A stretch of DNA of 53,406 bases, filler included, from Bipalium vagum (GCA_037834085.1; 3 parts of 3 records of this genome joined end to end with filler, not necessarily neighbours in it), one strand, 5' to 3'. Numbered from the whole stretch's first letter, positions 37,764 through 50,854 are shown. The notes: generated by a model from the letters alone, not told the origin. A program made the numbers and translations.

Positions 37764-38469
37764 GTTAAATTACGTGCCAAGCGTGTGTTGAAATCTAAAA
37801 TCTCGTACATAAAGTGCCGCAAGTAGTATTACTGGGACGAAATCCCCCTTAAATCACCTTTGGCTCCGGCTCCGGGTTATCATTTAGCATGGGTTATCAT
37901 CTTATCATGATAACCCAATATAGGGTTTATATAGGAAAGTATGAGGTACCGATGCTAAGCCAATGATCACCCAATTGCTGTATAAGGGTGTACAAATCGA
38001 ATTGCTGTATAATAGGTTATATAATAAAATATATCATTTGTTGGACCAGTTATAATTTTATTATTTATTATTTAATGGTAAAAATTCAAAATCTTATGTA
38101 AACAGTTTTTAAAGAAATATCGTAAAAATAATTATTAACTTGCCAGATAAAATGATAAATAAGTGTAAATATTTGGAGAAATGAGGTAACTTAAAATTTT
38201 GATGTTATTTTTTTAATCAATTAAAAATATAATAAATATTCTAAAAATATCGATCGATGGGAATACAGTTTAAAAATAATATTTAAAAATTACTATTGCA
38301 AGTTTTGACAGGTCATTTTTAAATTTGGTCAACCATTTTATAAAATTAGACATTTCATTTATATTTGTAAATTAGCGTAAATATTTAAGACACATTTTTC
38401 ACAGTATAAAGGATATCAAAGGATATTTAGAAGCCTTTGTGTATTTACATAACGATTGTATAATTTTTC

Positions 38470-38740
38470 ACAGATGACAATTTCAAATGAAATCATGAAG
38501 CTAATCTTTCAATCATTTTTGAATGGGTACACAAGAAAACAAATATCTTCTATACTAAATGTGAAATGTGCGATTATATGCGTCATTGTTGAGGTATATG
38601 AATACTGAAAATCGACATGAGCAGAAAACTAAAGGGAAAAAAAACGCAAATCCTTAAATCACAAGAATACAATTCGTTCTTGGATAGAATATAACTGGGA
38701 TTAATTGAAAGCGATAAATAAAGAAAAGTCACAAAGAATA
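38470..38740 (+). mobile_element. IS630/Tc1-like transposase N-terminal (HTH) remnant
   Basis: MTISNEIMKLIFQSFLNGYTRKQISSILNVK...IVEVY is a paired-like HTH pattern, followed by frameshifts. Confidence 0.45.
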
Positions 38741-39383
38741 TAATAAGTTAACCAGAAAACGGTGACAAGATACCTTTATGCATTTTAATACAATTAAGTC
38801 TCATTCTGTAGAGGAAAAATGTTATTACAGCAAATAGAGAAACATCTAGGCGTTCATATTTAGGCCTTACTTTCTTACGAATCGACTTAAAATGTCGATG
38901 AGTTGTGAACTCATTACAACCAGTGTTACATTCAAATTCTTTCAGTCGGTGTCTCTTTAACGTCAACATTAACAACTGACGACCTGCACGATCTAGGAGA
39001 TTCTGAAAAATCGATTTTTCTGATTTTGAATCTGGAAAATTTCTTCTATTATTTTCTCACATCAACAGAATTTTGACAGATTAGATTAATTAACACTTTA
39101 ACCGCTCATGCCTTTTATCAGGATGAAATTCGAAAGTTTATGTTGTATTTGATCTTCATTCGGTATTTTATGTATCACTTCTACCTAACTAATAAATGTA
39201 CATCAAATTACTCGAAAAATATTTAGGCATCGTACTTCATAAAACCACAATAAAGAGTAAAATTACTGTTTACTTTTGTAAATAAATAAGTTAAAATTTA
39301 AATTATTAATGATAGAAATTATTACATATTTATTATGCATGATGAATGTTACAAATCATAATTAATAAATAATTAAAGGTCTC

Positions 39384-39415
39384 TGATTGGTTGTTAAGAA
39401 GATTGGTATATAAAC
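39384..39415 (+). promoter_or_regulatory. Core promoter: two inverted CCAAT boxes plus a TATA box
   Basis: GATTGG..GATTGG-TATATAAA lies ~80-110 nt upstream of ATG 39495. Confidence 0.6.
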
Positions 39416-39494
39416 TGTTCATAATTAATCTCAATTGTACAAGAAACATTACGTTACCGGTACTTAGCAAAATTTTGAGTTTAAATTGAAAATT

Positions 39495-40162
39495 ATGAAT
39501 TTAAAAACGTAAAATGCTACATAACCAACCAATGGTTTTGATATAATTAAAAAATTTATTGATTTTCATGATTTATTTATTCTTCAAAAAAGCTAACAAT
39601 AATAATATTAATAATAATCAAAATTTAAAATAACATATTAGTCGAAACTCTTTAGCAAAGGGTTCATATCAAAAGGAAACTTTCAAACTATTATGCATCA
39701 TTATTTCCAGTAATTAAAGCTCACAATCCAATAATAATAATAATTAAAATTTATGGACATACCATATACCGACATCGCTCAAATCAAAATATTAAATGAA
39801 TATATCTATAATAAAAATAGAAGTCAACGATTATTATTATATTTACATGTTTTAGATATTGTGCTTATTATCAAATGAAGCTCATACTTGGAGCTTGCAA
39901 CAAAATGGAAAAGCTGACACCTTTCGAAAGGAAAAACTGGGAACAATATGTGAAATATTTCCAACGAAATCAAAGGGTGTGCGCCACTTGTAATTCCGAC
40001 TCCAAGTATAAGGATCTCTCCAATCAATGTATGGGAACAGGAGCTGTGAATAAAATCTCCAGGTGGCGAGCTATTCGCTCCGACAATTGTCACGGATATT
40101 TTAAATTGATTTCCAAGAAGGAGAATTGCTTTTGTCCAAAGCCTTCTTTTATTATGATTTAA
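39495..40162 (+). CDS. Small orphan cysteine-rich protein (~106 aa, 8 Cys), 2 exons
   Basis: Exon 39495-39508 (MNLKT, phase 2) joins exon 39856-40162 in frame (YCAYYQMKLILGAC..VCATC..QC..NC..NCFCPKPSFIMI*). A TATA/CCAAT promoter lies upstream and AATAAA at ~40244-40270. GC content is coding-like. Confidence 0.7.
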
Positions 40163-41317
40163 ATAAGCAAATTAAAATTTGACATGTGGTTCTGGAATTT
40201 TACTCTTTTATATTCTCAAATGCTTGAATTATATTGAATATAAAATAAATCAATCAATAAATAATAAATAAATCTCTATTTTTTCCACTTTAATAAAACA
40301 ATCGATTTTTTTACCTTCGGATTTAGTAATTCTGAAGTTAATGAAAGGGGGTAATATTATAAATGTTACTAAAGAATATTTAATAATTTTTGGGAGAGAA
40401 AAGAAAAAATCCCAGTTGACATTGAACTATTTTTTTGTAAAATTAGTAAAAAAATGTCGCAATGGAGGATTGCAGTTTTAAACGAGAAATTTGTTTATTT
40501 TTTAATGTTTATTTTAGAATAAGAAAATATATCTCTGTCGTTTGTCATAACTCCCACATAGATTTTATAATATCTGTAAAATTAAATATTATTTATCAAT
40601 ATAATCTTAATTAATAATATTAATTATAATTGATATTGTGCAAATATTTTACAAACGTGTTTCTCTAAATATTATTAATTATTTTTTTATAAATAATGTT
40701 AATATAAATATAAATATAATATAAATAAAATAATATAACATTTATTTTTTCTATTTCTTTTTTCAGTTTGAAAATTAATTAATTTTTTTTAATGTTACCT
40801 AATAAAACTTTGTCTTTTATTTTCCAATTTTAAAATCTACATAATTTGAGAACTCTTCACCACGTTGTTAGAAGTAAATAATCTGTTAAAAAATAGAGAT
40901 AAATGTGAAATTATAAACAAATATTTCCAACTTCAGATCAGAGAATTTCAAAATTCTTTGGGAAATAATGGGAATGAAGGTGACTGCGGGATAGAAATAT
41001 AAATTATAAGATATATTTAGCCAAGTCTGCAGAATTATATGAATTTTAATGAACCTCAAAAATAAAATATAATTAACTCACAAAATGTAATTACAAAAAG
41101 TGTATTTTCATTAAAAATATTTTCTCAAATATATATTCCGTTCTAACGGATGATAATTTGAAATCTGGACTAATTTAATCTTTACCGAAAAAGTAACAGA
41201 CAGTAATTTTTAAAATAAAATTATACTTCACATAAATTTTACTCCAATAACAATATATTTTCATTAATGTACAACGGAGTATCGCTTCTAGCTTCATAGC
41301 TATAATCAAAAGTTGAC

Positions 41318-43512
41318 TTGATGAAGAAATTCATCTTGACCAAATTTGAGGAAATTAAGACGGAGCAAAAACGTGTGAAAAATGAACGGAAAAAGGCTCA
41401 TACCCAGGAAATTCTCCTAAATCAACTCGATCGGTTTATTGATCCGAATTTCGATTTGACCAATATACTAAAATCGGCCAAAAAGGCGATACTGCTTTTA
41501 CACCCTGAAAGGGAAAAAAAGGGGGGAAACCGATCATGGCATCACTGGATAACGGTAAAAAGGCATACTCAATTCAATGTCGGTTTAACCAGAACCAATA
41601 AGAAGTTTTTGAATCGCTTATGCCTTCGGCCTCGGCCACTTCGTACCCAACCAAATTGGAGTTCGAAAATGATTTTAGGAAACCAAGTCCTCCGGGAATA
41701 AACTTGGATTTCTTTAATGATTTTACTGTATTCCGCGGGTCGATAGATGAGGAAATAGACATCTCTGAAATCGAAATCGCTTTCAAGAGTACGTCGAAAT
41801 CCTCCCCAGGTAGTGATGGGATAACATATGATGATTGGAAAATCATCGACCCTGAACATGTTTTTTTGCAGGGTTTGTTCAATCACATCACTCGATTTCG
41901 AAGAATCCCTGATCAATGGAAGTCCTTCAGGATCAAATTGATCTTAAAACCAGGGAAAGACACGGAATCACACCTGGTTTCTGCTTGGAGGCCCATAGCA
42001 ATCATGGATACGTCGTACAGTATTTACATGTTAATTCTGAACAACAGATTCATGCATTGGCTCCAGGCAGGAAAATTACTGAGTAGGCACCAAAAAGCCT
42101 TTCTGTCAAACGATGGGTGTGCCGAGCACAATGGAACCATTATGATTATCATTGAGAGCTCGTAACTCAACAAGACTCCGGTCCACATTTGTTGAACGGA
42201 CTTTGCTGACGCTTTCGGGTCTATACCTCATGAACTCTTATGGTATACTTTGGCTAAAAGCGGAATGAATGACTCTACGATCTCATTGATCAAAGAGCTC
42301 TATCGCAATGTCACAACGGTGTATCATTGCGGCCCGATCACTACTGATGACATCTTTGTCCTGAAAGGAGTAAAACAGGGATGTCCATTATCGATGAGTA
42401 TATTCTGTCTCAGTATAAACTTTGTTCTAAAGATTTGCACTCAACGAACAGATCCATTTCGGGTTCATTATAATGATGTCCCGGCACTAGCTTATGCTGA
42501 TGATCTGGTATTTTTTGCCAGATCAGCCAATGAACTCCTGGCCATAATGGAGGAGGTGAGCAATAAGCTGAATAAAGTTTTCATTCAATTTCGGCCTCAG
42601 AAATGTGGATATTTTATTACTGAAGCCAGCGAAGACTTTAGTATTAAAATATATGGGGAAAAAATTCCAAGGATTGGTGATAATAATCACTACCTTTATC
42701 TTGGAGTGCCCCAAGGACAGGGAAAACGCATGGGAATGGATAAAATCCTTGACGGGGTTTTAGAAGATTTCCAGCGGATTGTTGAATCCCAACTGCATCC
42801 GATGCAGAAGATTGAATTCTTTAAGAAATTTTTGCATTCAAGACTTCCGTTCCACTTTTGTAATAAATTTGTTGAAACTCTAACCCTTACATCACGCAGC
42901 GATAGAGAAGTTAGTGATAGGATGAAGCAGGTTGGGTTCGACGAACAGGTGAGAAAACTGATGCGAAAAATAACATATACTACGTTATTGCGAGGTACAA
43001 ATATTTCATATTTGTATACCCCCAAGGCACTGGGGGGTTTTTGCATAGTCCCCGCCTTTGATGACTATAACATTTGCGGTGTTATACAGGGACTGCGTTT
43101 TCTCACCCGTAATGATCTTTATTTTAGATCGCTCTCCGTTAGCCATCTGTTACATGTGTGCAGAAGGCGGTTTAGCAGGACCACTGAGGTAAATGTGGAG
43201 CTTGCCCTTAAATGGTTAAGCAATAACATCAATGGGGAATTATCCTCACAGGGTACTTGGTGGTCCAAAGTGTGAAATTCCGTTCAGGCTCTCAGAGCCA
43301 GAGATATTCAATGTGATTTCATCTCGTTTGCGGAAACTATCATGTTAAAAGTGATAGTGAAACTTACGAGTGATGAAACAAAACAATATTTCTTCGGTAA
43401 CAAGAATATTAATGAGGCAACCATGACTTTGCACCAAGGGCTAGGGATACATTATTATCTCAGGTGGAAAAGTCATGAGGGGCAAGAACGAGTACTAGCT
43501 TTTGTGTATTAG
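41318..43512 (+). pseudogene. Decayed reverse transcriptase ORF of an RLE-type non-LTR retrotransposon (NeSL/Utopia/R2-superfamily-like)
   Basis: Motifs: SPGSDGITY..W, WRPIAI, QKAFL..DGCAEHN, DFADAFGSIPH, GVKQGCPLS, LAYADDLV, PQKC, YLYLGVP, S.LHPMQK, LYTPKALGG, W....GQ. There is a frameshift near 41600 and in-frame stops at 42163, ~42193 and 43273. The CCHC knuckle and endonuclease are absent. Confidence 0.9.
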
Positions 43513-44700
43513 TTCTTTTCAGTCGAATGACCGGTGTTAATTGGCCCGGAAAATGTCGGCATAGTTGGGCAGTTCTTCAGCAGGAGGTCGGTGGTTCGGC
43601 TGCGGTCACCAACCACTTCCGGTCAATTCCGATTGGAGTGTTTTCGGTCTTTGCCGTAATGAAACCAAACCCTTGGTCTGGTGGAGACAGCCGCTGACCC
43701 CTAGAAAGGTCTTGGGCGTCCCTCTAGTACAGGCCTTGGCCGCGGGATCATTAGCCCTGTAGGGGCAAAAGAATCGGGTTGTGGGTGCCAGTTCTGAGCG
43801 AAAGCGTAGGAACTGTTCTTCTCTGCGGAGTGAAAATTTCTGAAGTGAAAACTTGTGTGGTTTCATCGGTCTTCCGGCACATCTCCGTGTCGGAACCCCC
43901 TAAGGTCTGGTGGAGATTAATGGCCGACAGGTCAACGCCGCGCTTGTCTAACAGATTGAGTTGACGGTTCAATAGGTGAATGGTCTTTGCATAGAAACTT
44001 GGATTTATCTCCTACTGATTCCGTTTGGTCGGTTTTATGGGTCCTATTTACTTTGTGGGGTGCCTGGCTGACTTGGCTTTTGTGTGAGTTCTGATTTTTC
44101 TCTGGTCGCGTTTGCGTCGCGCCTGTTCCATGGCAGTCTGATGTCCACAGCAGTCCGAACAGAGAAAATCAATTTACTCTCGGTTCCACAATGTGCTTTG
44201 TCCCCGCATTCCTGATGTTTCTTATATTAATTTATAATTATTTGCAGAGGGGACGGACACTTTGGACTGGAGTTTTTCTGAGTGAACTGTTGTAATTACA
44301 ATTTTGGAATGAACTGCGTTAAAGGCATGTGCCTTTGGATGTGTAATGTCATTATAAATACAATTTTGTAAAACTAAAACAGTTCTTCTCAGTTTAATCA
44401 TCGGCATTGGGAAGTTATGTTCACTAAGTGTGTCCAGTACTATGACCTAGTATTACTGTTGAAAACTGTCGGATCGGGGGAAGTCAAGTGCACTCGAATG
44501 TACAGGCCGATTTCTCATATGGACTCGGCTATTAATATCTCATCCTAATCTTGCATCTAGATCGGATCTATGAATTTTAGGGAGATTTTGCGGCCCATGA
44601 ACCCAGCCTGCCCCATTGGGGGTGGGCGGCCAATGTCCTAATCTTTTTCGGCGGTCACTCAAATGGTAGAAAAGTTGTCTTTAAATCTAGTGCACGTTAA
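43513..44700 (-). mobile_element. GC-rich block in opposite orientation, probably the 5' UTR and N-terminal ORF of the same retrotransposon
   Basis: GC content is the same as the RT block. Broken minus-strand ORFs lie at 44222..44407, 43751..43972 and 43606..43866. A hairpin-rich GC segment at 44590-44635 sits at its distal end, and the block lies inside the same transposon TIRs. Confidence 0.5.
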
Positions 44701-45439
44701 AAAGAACATTATTAAGATGGCTTAAAAGTGTTCCGTAAATTCAGTTTACCTAAAAAAAACCACAGTGTGCTAAGTATCTCAAATTGTCCTTATACCTCTG
44801 CAAGTCTCTTGTAAGTACTTAGTGTCACAAATGGCATCCCTTTTGCTTTTAAAAAGTCTAGGGCCTTTTTGGCGTAATGTGAAGAGTCTTTGTCCGACCA
44901 GAAGACAAAATTCCTATCAGTTTGATAATCTTTCAGAAAAGGAATTAAAATCCTAGACAAACATTCCTCTTGGTATATTTTCTTATTGATTGCCAAATCA
45001 TCATACTTTGGACCATTGCTTTAAAACTTTTTTCTCTAACAATGTACAACATAAGCTTCTTTTCATATTTTTTTCTGGAACTTGTATTTCATTTTAGGTG
45101 TAAATGTAGCAGGATTGTAGGAATAAAATCTGTTATTACTTGCACTTTTGAGTTGCTCAATGGAAAAATTTTCTCATTGATTTGCTGATTTAATAAAAAT
45201 TTACTACGTACTCTCGAAAAATATTTTGTTTAGAGACATTTTTTGTTGTAAAATAGGTTATTAAAACAATTTTTTTAGAAATAATATTCAATCACCATAG
45301 GAACAATAAAATATGTTTATAATACCTTTCTTTTAAAATTATTTATAAATTTTGTATTTGAAATTAATCTAGATTTCTAGGTATCACCCGTTATTGTATC
45401 ACAAAAATTAAAAATCGTTGAATAGTTAATGAAGACTGA

Positions 45440-45850
45440 TAGTGTGGGAAAAAATAAAACCCAGTTGACATCGACAATTTTATCACAAATATTCAGAATT
45501 TAAGAATTGGTTGAGAAATCAAGCAATTGTCCACTTCTTTAGGACGACCACAGTAATTGATCTAAACGAAGACAATTTTGATAAATGAACTGATTTATGT
45601 AAGACAATACTGATACAAATCGAAAATAATTTACCTTTAGTTAACAAAGTTAGACGAAAGTAAGTTAATGTTTAATTTCGTGATTAACTATCAAAACAAT
45701 TCCTTTTACTACCTTCAAGTTTGGAAGAGCAGTGTGGCGCGGTTTAACTTCCTAGGGCGTAGTTGGATCATACATGTTCAAAGATATGATTACTAGTGAC
45801 TCAGGCCTTGAGATACTGAATGACCATTGATGGCCTTAAGTAACAAATGG
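45440..45850 (+). mobile_element. Deleted Tc1/mariner-family fragment
   Basis: A TIR-like AGTGTGGGAAAAAATAAAACCCAGTTGACAT is present (related sequence at ~40395). The remnant reads VW.GLTS.GVVG.Y.F.D.IT....LEIL. Confidence 0.55.
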
Positions 45851-46782
45851 TTGTAGGTACTATCAATACTTACCGGTTTTTTCATTTTTTAACAAACTGG
45901 TTGGACAGAACATTTTTTTAATTAAATATTTTATAGCTTAACTAAGAATTATAGATGTGGTTAAGGTCACATAGTATGTCATCAGTAGAAAATTTATTTA
46001 CCTCTAACAAATTGTTTCTATAAAGACTAATACTTAAGTTTGTTTGGAGAATCAAAAAACTGTGATTATCAGTTTGAAAATCATGATTTAAGTTCATTAA
46101 ATAAAAATCTTAAAATATTTTTTTATTCTCCATTAATAAAAAGATTAATAATTTCAAATTACTTTTGTAAGCCATAAAAAATCTTTTAAATGTCTAAAAT
46201 CATATTAATGATAATAATTTATTACATGATTATTATTTTTCCATATTTAATTTATAATATATCTGGATCATATTGATTTAGAAAAACAAAACCAAGGTCA
46301 TTCTATTTTTAATTTTCTTATATAGAATTTCTTCGAAATTGTTCCATATTATTGTTAATTGAATTTCATTTTTCTAAAAAAAATTATTTAATTATGTTTA
46401 TAAAACTAAAAATAATTTAAAAATAATAAAAATGATAAAGTATAAAATAAAGAATATTTGCTAAAGTTTAGAGAAAATAAACAAATGTCAAAGCAATTAT
46501 TTTAAAATTATTTAAAAATCTGATTCGAGTCAACTTTGTGAAAAAGCTTATATTTTCTATTTGATAACTGAGTTTTGTTTAAATAAATCAATTAAATAGA
46601 TTTTATTTTGCAGATTTTTAAGTAAATATGATTTATTGATGAAGTATTGTTTCACGTCAAGTAAGTTTAACTTTAATGTTTATATCTTGAAACCCTTTTC
46701 AAATGCAACATGATTCCATGACAATTTTAACTCATTCAAATGACTTAATCAACACATTTAATCTTTAAACGGTATTCAGAAA

Positions 46783-46983
46783 ATGAACGTCAATTTACCT
46801 TGTTATCACGGTTCAATTTGTCGAACGGAAGCCGAAAGTATTCTGGAAAAGATCAATAAAACCGGTGCATTTTTGATTCGGAATTCTGAAACTTTTCTTG
46901 GATCATATACGTTGTGTTTGTGGGCTGACAACGGATATCACCAATATAGGATCATTAATGATGGCAGTGGATTTTTCGTTAAG
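46783..46983 (+). CDS. First coding exon of an SH2-domain protein, SHIP/SAP/EAT-2 type
   Basis: MNVNLPCYHGSICRTEAESIL..GAFLIRNSE..GSYTLCL..YHQYRI contains the FLVR-type pTyr arginine and the LC..H.YRI of SHIP/SAP SH2 domains. A donor AAG|GTTTAT lies at 46984. Downstream exons were not identified. Confidence 0.85.
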
Positions 46984-48788
46984 GTTTATCAATAAATATT
47001 ATCATCTCAATACATAATCATAATTTTAAAAAAAAATTAATTAATATTTTTTTATTGAATATTTTGTTAAAATTGAATTTATTATTCTTTTGTAAAATCA
47101 ATGGTAAAAAATTTGAAGAGAAAAACATAAAATTTTATTGATTAAATTATGAACGTGTTTTCCATAAAATTATGAATTTATAATTTTATTTTAATTATGA
47201 TTTTTATTTCCTTTACGTTTTATATCAAGCCTAATTAAATTTTGATATTTACAGTGGAGATCAAACGTAATATTAGAAAAAATAGACCATTTAAAAATAA
47301 TATCTGAAAGATTCAAAGGATCTCCACTATTCTTTTTTTGGTTTCCGAAAAATTATTCTTTTGAATAATTTATTTTTATTTCATTATGAAAATTATTTAA
47401 TTACATTTGATTTTTTAAAATTAGATTAATTTTATTGGATAAATTAGATTAAAATAAATTTGAGTTATTAAATTAAAATGTGATTAATTAAAATTATCTC
47501 AGCAAGCTTAACAATATATAAAAGATAAAACTTTGTTTAAACTTATGGTTTTATTTTCCACGAATTTTCTTTTGTTTCATTTGGAGATTTTATAAATATT
47601 TGTGAATTTTTGAGAAGAAATTAGACAATTTATACACATTTATTTCAAAAAAGAAACCTTTTCTATTCGAAAATAAAAGACCATGACATTTTTGTGATAA
47701 TGATATTAACAGGATTTATAACATAATAACTTGAGGTTTTTAATATTTAAAACACATATTTCAACAATAAAAACAAATTAATCAATAATGTCATCATTGA
47801 TTCCTTTTCAAAACGTTGTTGAGCCTCATTTTCCTGTCTTCCGAATTGTTAAATGTAAACGCTAAAAAGGATGGTAAATGTTTTTTTAATGCGGTAAGAG
47901 AGGCTGTAGAGAAACATTAGTTGACATTAATCAAATTCAATATGCTGAAGGAAAGTAAAATATACAGTAACATAATGAAAGTCACTGAAACTTATATTTC
48001 AAGATAATAATATAGAGACAAAATGACAATGGTCATATAAAATTCTGTTTATCAACATGTAAGGTGCTCCACTTTTTAGATTTTTCAAAAATTATTGAAA
48101 AATCTATAAAATCACATATTATCTTGTTTTAATGAATATCTCTTTAAATCATAGCAGTGATAAAGGGCAGTGGTTTATATTATTTTTAAAGTAATTATAA
48201 TTATAAAAAATTATTTATTTAAAGGATGAATAATTATATTTAATTATAATTTTTTTATAAATTCACAAGAAAATTTAATAAATGTTAGAATATAAATAAT
48301 AGAGACTCGAAAGATCATTTTTTACTTTTTCATATTTGATTTTCAGTTTTGAAGTCTAAAATAAATGAAAAAATCGAAGTAATGATCAGTCTATAAGAGG
48401 TTATAATGTTACAATTCTTAAAGATTTTCTTTTAAAAACATTCTTCTTACATGAATATATTAATGGTTTTTCTTATTCAATGAAGCATGAACAACTCTGC
48501 AATAATACTTGGACAAACCGAATTAAGATATTTGGATACTACAATCAACGAAATGAAATTGATCTCATCCATAACAAGTGACAAAATAACCAATATATGT
48601 TTGAAACACATTTTTATGACATACATTTTATATGAATTTATTTCTACTTAATTGTCAAGATGAAATCAATTTAGGAAAAACCAAAATAAAATTGAAATCG
48701 AAATAAAATTCACCTCACTCAGGAAATTATTTGATACCGTTTAAAATTGAAGTATGGTACATAAAGTAGACTAAAAATTTGTTGTATA

Positions 48789-48872
48789 CAGTTAAACCTC
48801 TTTATAACGACACCCTTCGGGAACGGCCAAACTGTCGTTACATGTAGGTGTCGTTATATAGAGGTTCCACTG
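48789..48872. mobile_element. 84-bp Tigger/pogo-type MITE
   Basis: TA|CAGTTAAACCTCTTTATAACGACACC ... GGTGTCGTTATATAGAGGTTCCACTG|TA: 26-bp TIRs with a TA target duplication. Confidence 0.9.
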
Positions 48873-49553
48873 TATAGAGACATATATGAATCGAAATTCT
48901 CTCTGAATACTGTCTGCTTTGAATATATTCCTTCTTAACTAAATAGCCCTTACTAATTTGGTCTATAATTGACTGTTTAAGAATAAGACAAATTTATTTA
49001 TCATTTGACCGCTACAATTGTTCATTAACCGTGAAGATATCCATAAACTAGGGTTCGAATAAAAGGGAAAGTATATAATCAATGGAAATACTTTGAATAT
49101 AAATCGTAAATATTTTGGTGACATACATATAGTGAATTATTTGCCACAATAGAATTCTTTTTATTGAAAGTAAATGTTAAATTTCCGCTTGATATCCGTC
49201 TCTTCCAGAGTCGACTGGATTGTGTTCATTTCAAGCCGCTAAGGGCACAAATGTATTATTTTTACAGAATATAATAATAGACTGATTCATTTTGAACACT
49301 TTGGACAAAATAAAATAAATTAATATAATTAAAATTCAAGAACATTTAATTAACGGTAATAAATTATCGAAATAATTGTAGAAAATTTTAACAATTTCAC
49401 GGTGCTTTATTCATTTGTATTGATGAGTACACAACTCGCTTACTGTTACTTCTACTTTAGGACAATCTTGAAGTGTTGATGTTAAGACATAAACACCAGA
49501 ACATTTCTGTAAGAATAGTTTAAGAATATTCTTTTTTGGTTGAATAGTCAATA

Positions 49554-50854
49554 CGGGGTGTGTGTAGAGTAAGTATCCGATTTTCGAGATCAGCAAAATA
49601 TAATATATTAAAAAGCATTATATATATATGTGTGTGTAATCAGATATGTTGAATTTATATTTTTCTAAGCACTAGAATTTTCAAAATTTTATGTCACATT
49701 GTTTTAATAATTCGATTTTATTGAATTTAATTGCAGGAAATTCAAATATTAATAATGTTCTCCATTGAAGAAAGAGCGTAAATTGTTTTACTATTACCTA
49801 TGATGAAATCAGTTACATTAGTCAGACGGCATTTAGAACTTTTAAAATTGAAAAACATACTTACATCAAGGACAATGAAGAAGATATTAACAAAATTCAA
49901 AAAGACTGGGAGTGGAAGTCTGGAAGACAATCAATAAAAAATGAGAAAGTATACAAAATAAGCCTGTCTTATAAAAAACCACATGAGACATCACTAAGAA
50001 CTGATACTAAGAAATTTTGATGCAGTTTTAAAGTTGCTCACAATGCAGTACGAAAAGATTTTCATCTTTGTACAGAATCCAAAATGATATAAATTTTATT
50101 TAGAATCCATAATTTACATGCCGAAACTATGCCTAAAGAATTGTAGTGTGTGAAAGCCTAATTAATGAAATCGACAATAGGCCATCTTTTCTTCAAAATC
50201 TGATTTTTATTGATAAATCAACCATTTCCTTAAATGGAATGTCAACTGATAAAACTACCGATATTTTGATACTGAACCTCCTGAAAAATTTATACTACAG
50301 TTACACTTCCAGTCCAAAAGATAATGTTTGGATGCATCATTTAATATTTTGTGTTTATGATCCTATCTTCTTTCATAAAAATGTGAATTGAGAAAACTAT
50401 TTAGACACCTTTAAGTCTGTGTTCGTGTTACAACTTTGTTGGAGAATTTATTCTAAAATATATTTTCAGCGAAACGGAATGCCTGACCATTGTTTATGTA
50501 TTGTAGGAGAATTTTTAAAATCAATTTTCCTGGAGAATGTATTGAAAAGGCTAGACCACTCCATTGGAATCCTACACCACTTGATTTCTGCCTTTGGGAT
50601 ATCTGAAGATATAGATATATAGAAGAAAAACAAAAGATATTCAGAGCAAGATATTGTTCTAATGAAGGCAGCTAGAATATCACCAGAATTTTGTCAAAAT
50701 GTTATAATTACTTACAAAAGTTTATTAAAGTTGATGGTAATTCTTTAGAAAAATATTACATTTTATAAATAAATGTTACTGTGTCAAAAGATTGTTGAAA
50801 TTATTTATACAGTATTAAATTTCAAAATCGGATATTTACCTATTACACACCATG
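49554..50854 (+). mobile_element. Decayed full-length Tc1/mariner element (rosa/DD41D-like)
   Basis: The TIRs are TA|CGGGGTGTGTGTAGAGTAAGTATCCGATTTT and AAAATCGGATATTTACCTATTACACACCATG|TA. Remnants read MFSIEER, KFKKTGS, FLQNLIFID..T.SLNG, YFQ..G.P.H and DF.LWGYLK. Confidence 0.8.

Larger units (their letters stand above)
41146..45391 (-). mobile_element. Tc1/mariner-superfamily (IS630-Tc1-mariner) transposon interrupted by a retrotransposon
   Basis: The TIRs TA|ACGGATGATAATTTGAAATCTGGA (41146) and TCTAGATTTCTAGGTATCACCCGT|TA (45391) are both TA-flanked. The transposase remnant reads INKKIYQEECLSRILIPFL..FVFWSDKDSSHYAKK (ORF 44790..44996). Confidence 0.7.

Noticed and set aside
38745-39110. 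piggyBac-like ends (TTAACC) and a Cys-containing ORF 38748..38975
   Set aside because: No matching TIR pair or complete cysteine-rich domain could be established.
47234-47340. Candidate second exon of the SH2 gene
   Set aside because: The translation lacks the SH2 alpha-B motif, and the AGTGGAGATC/GATCTCCACT inverted repeat suggests MITE debris.
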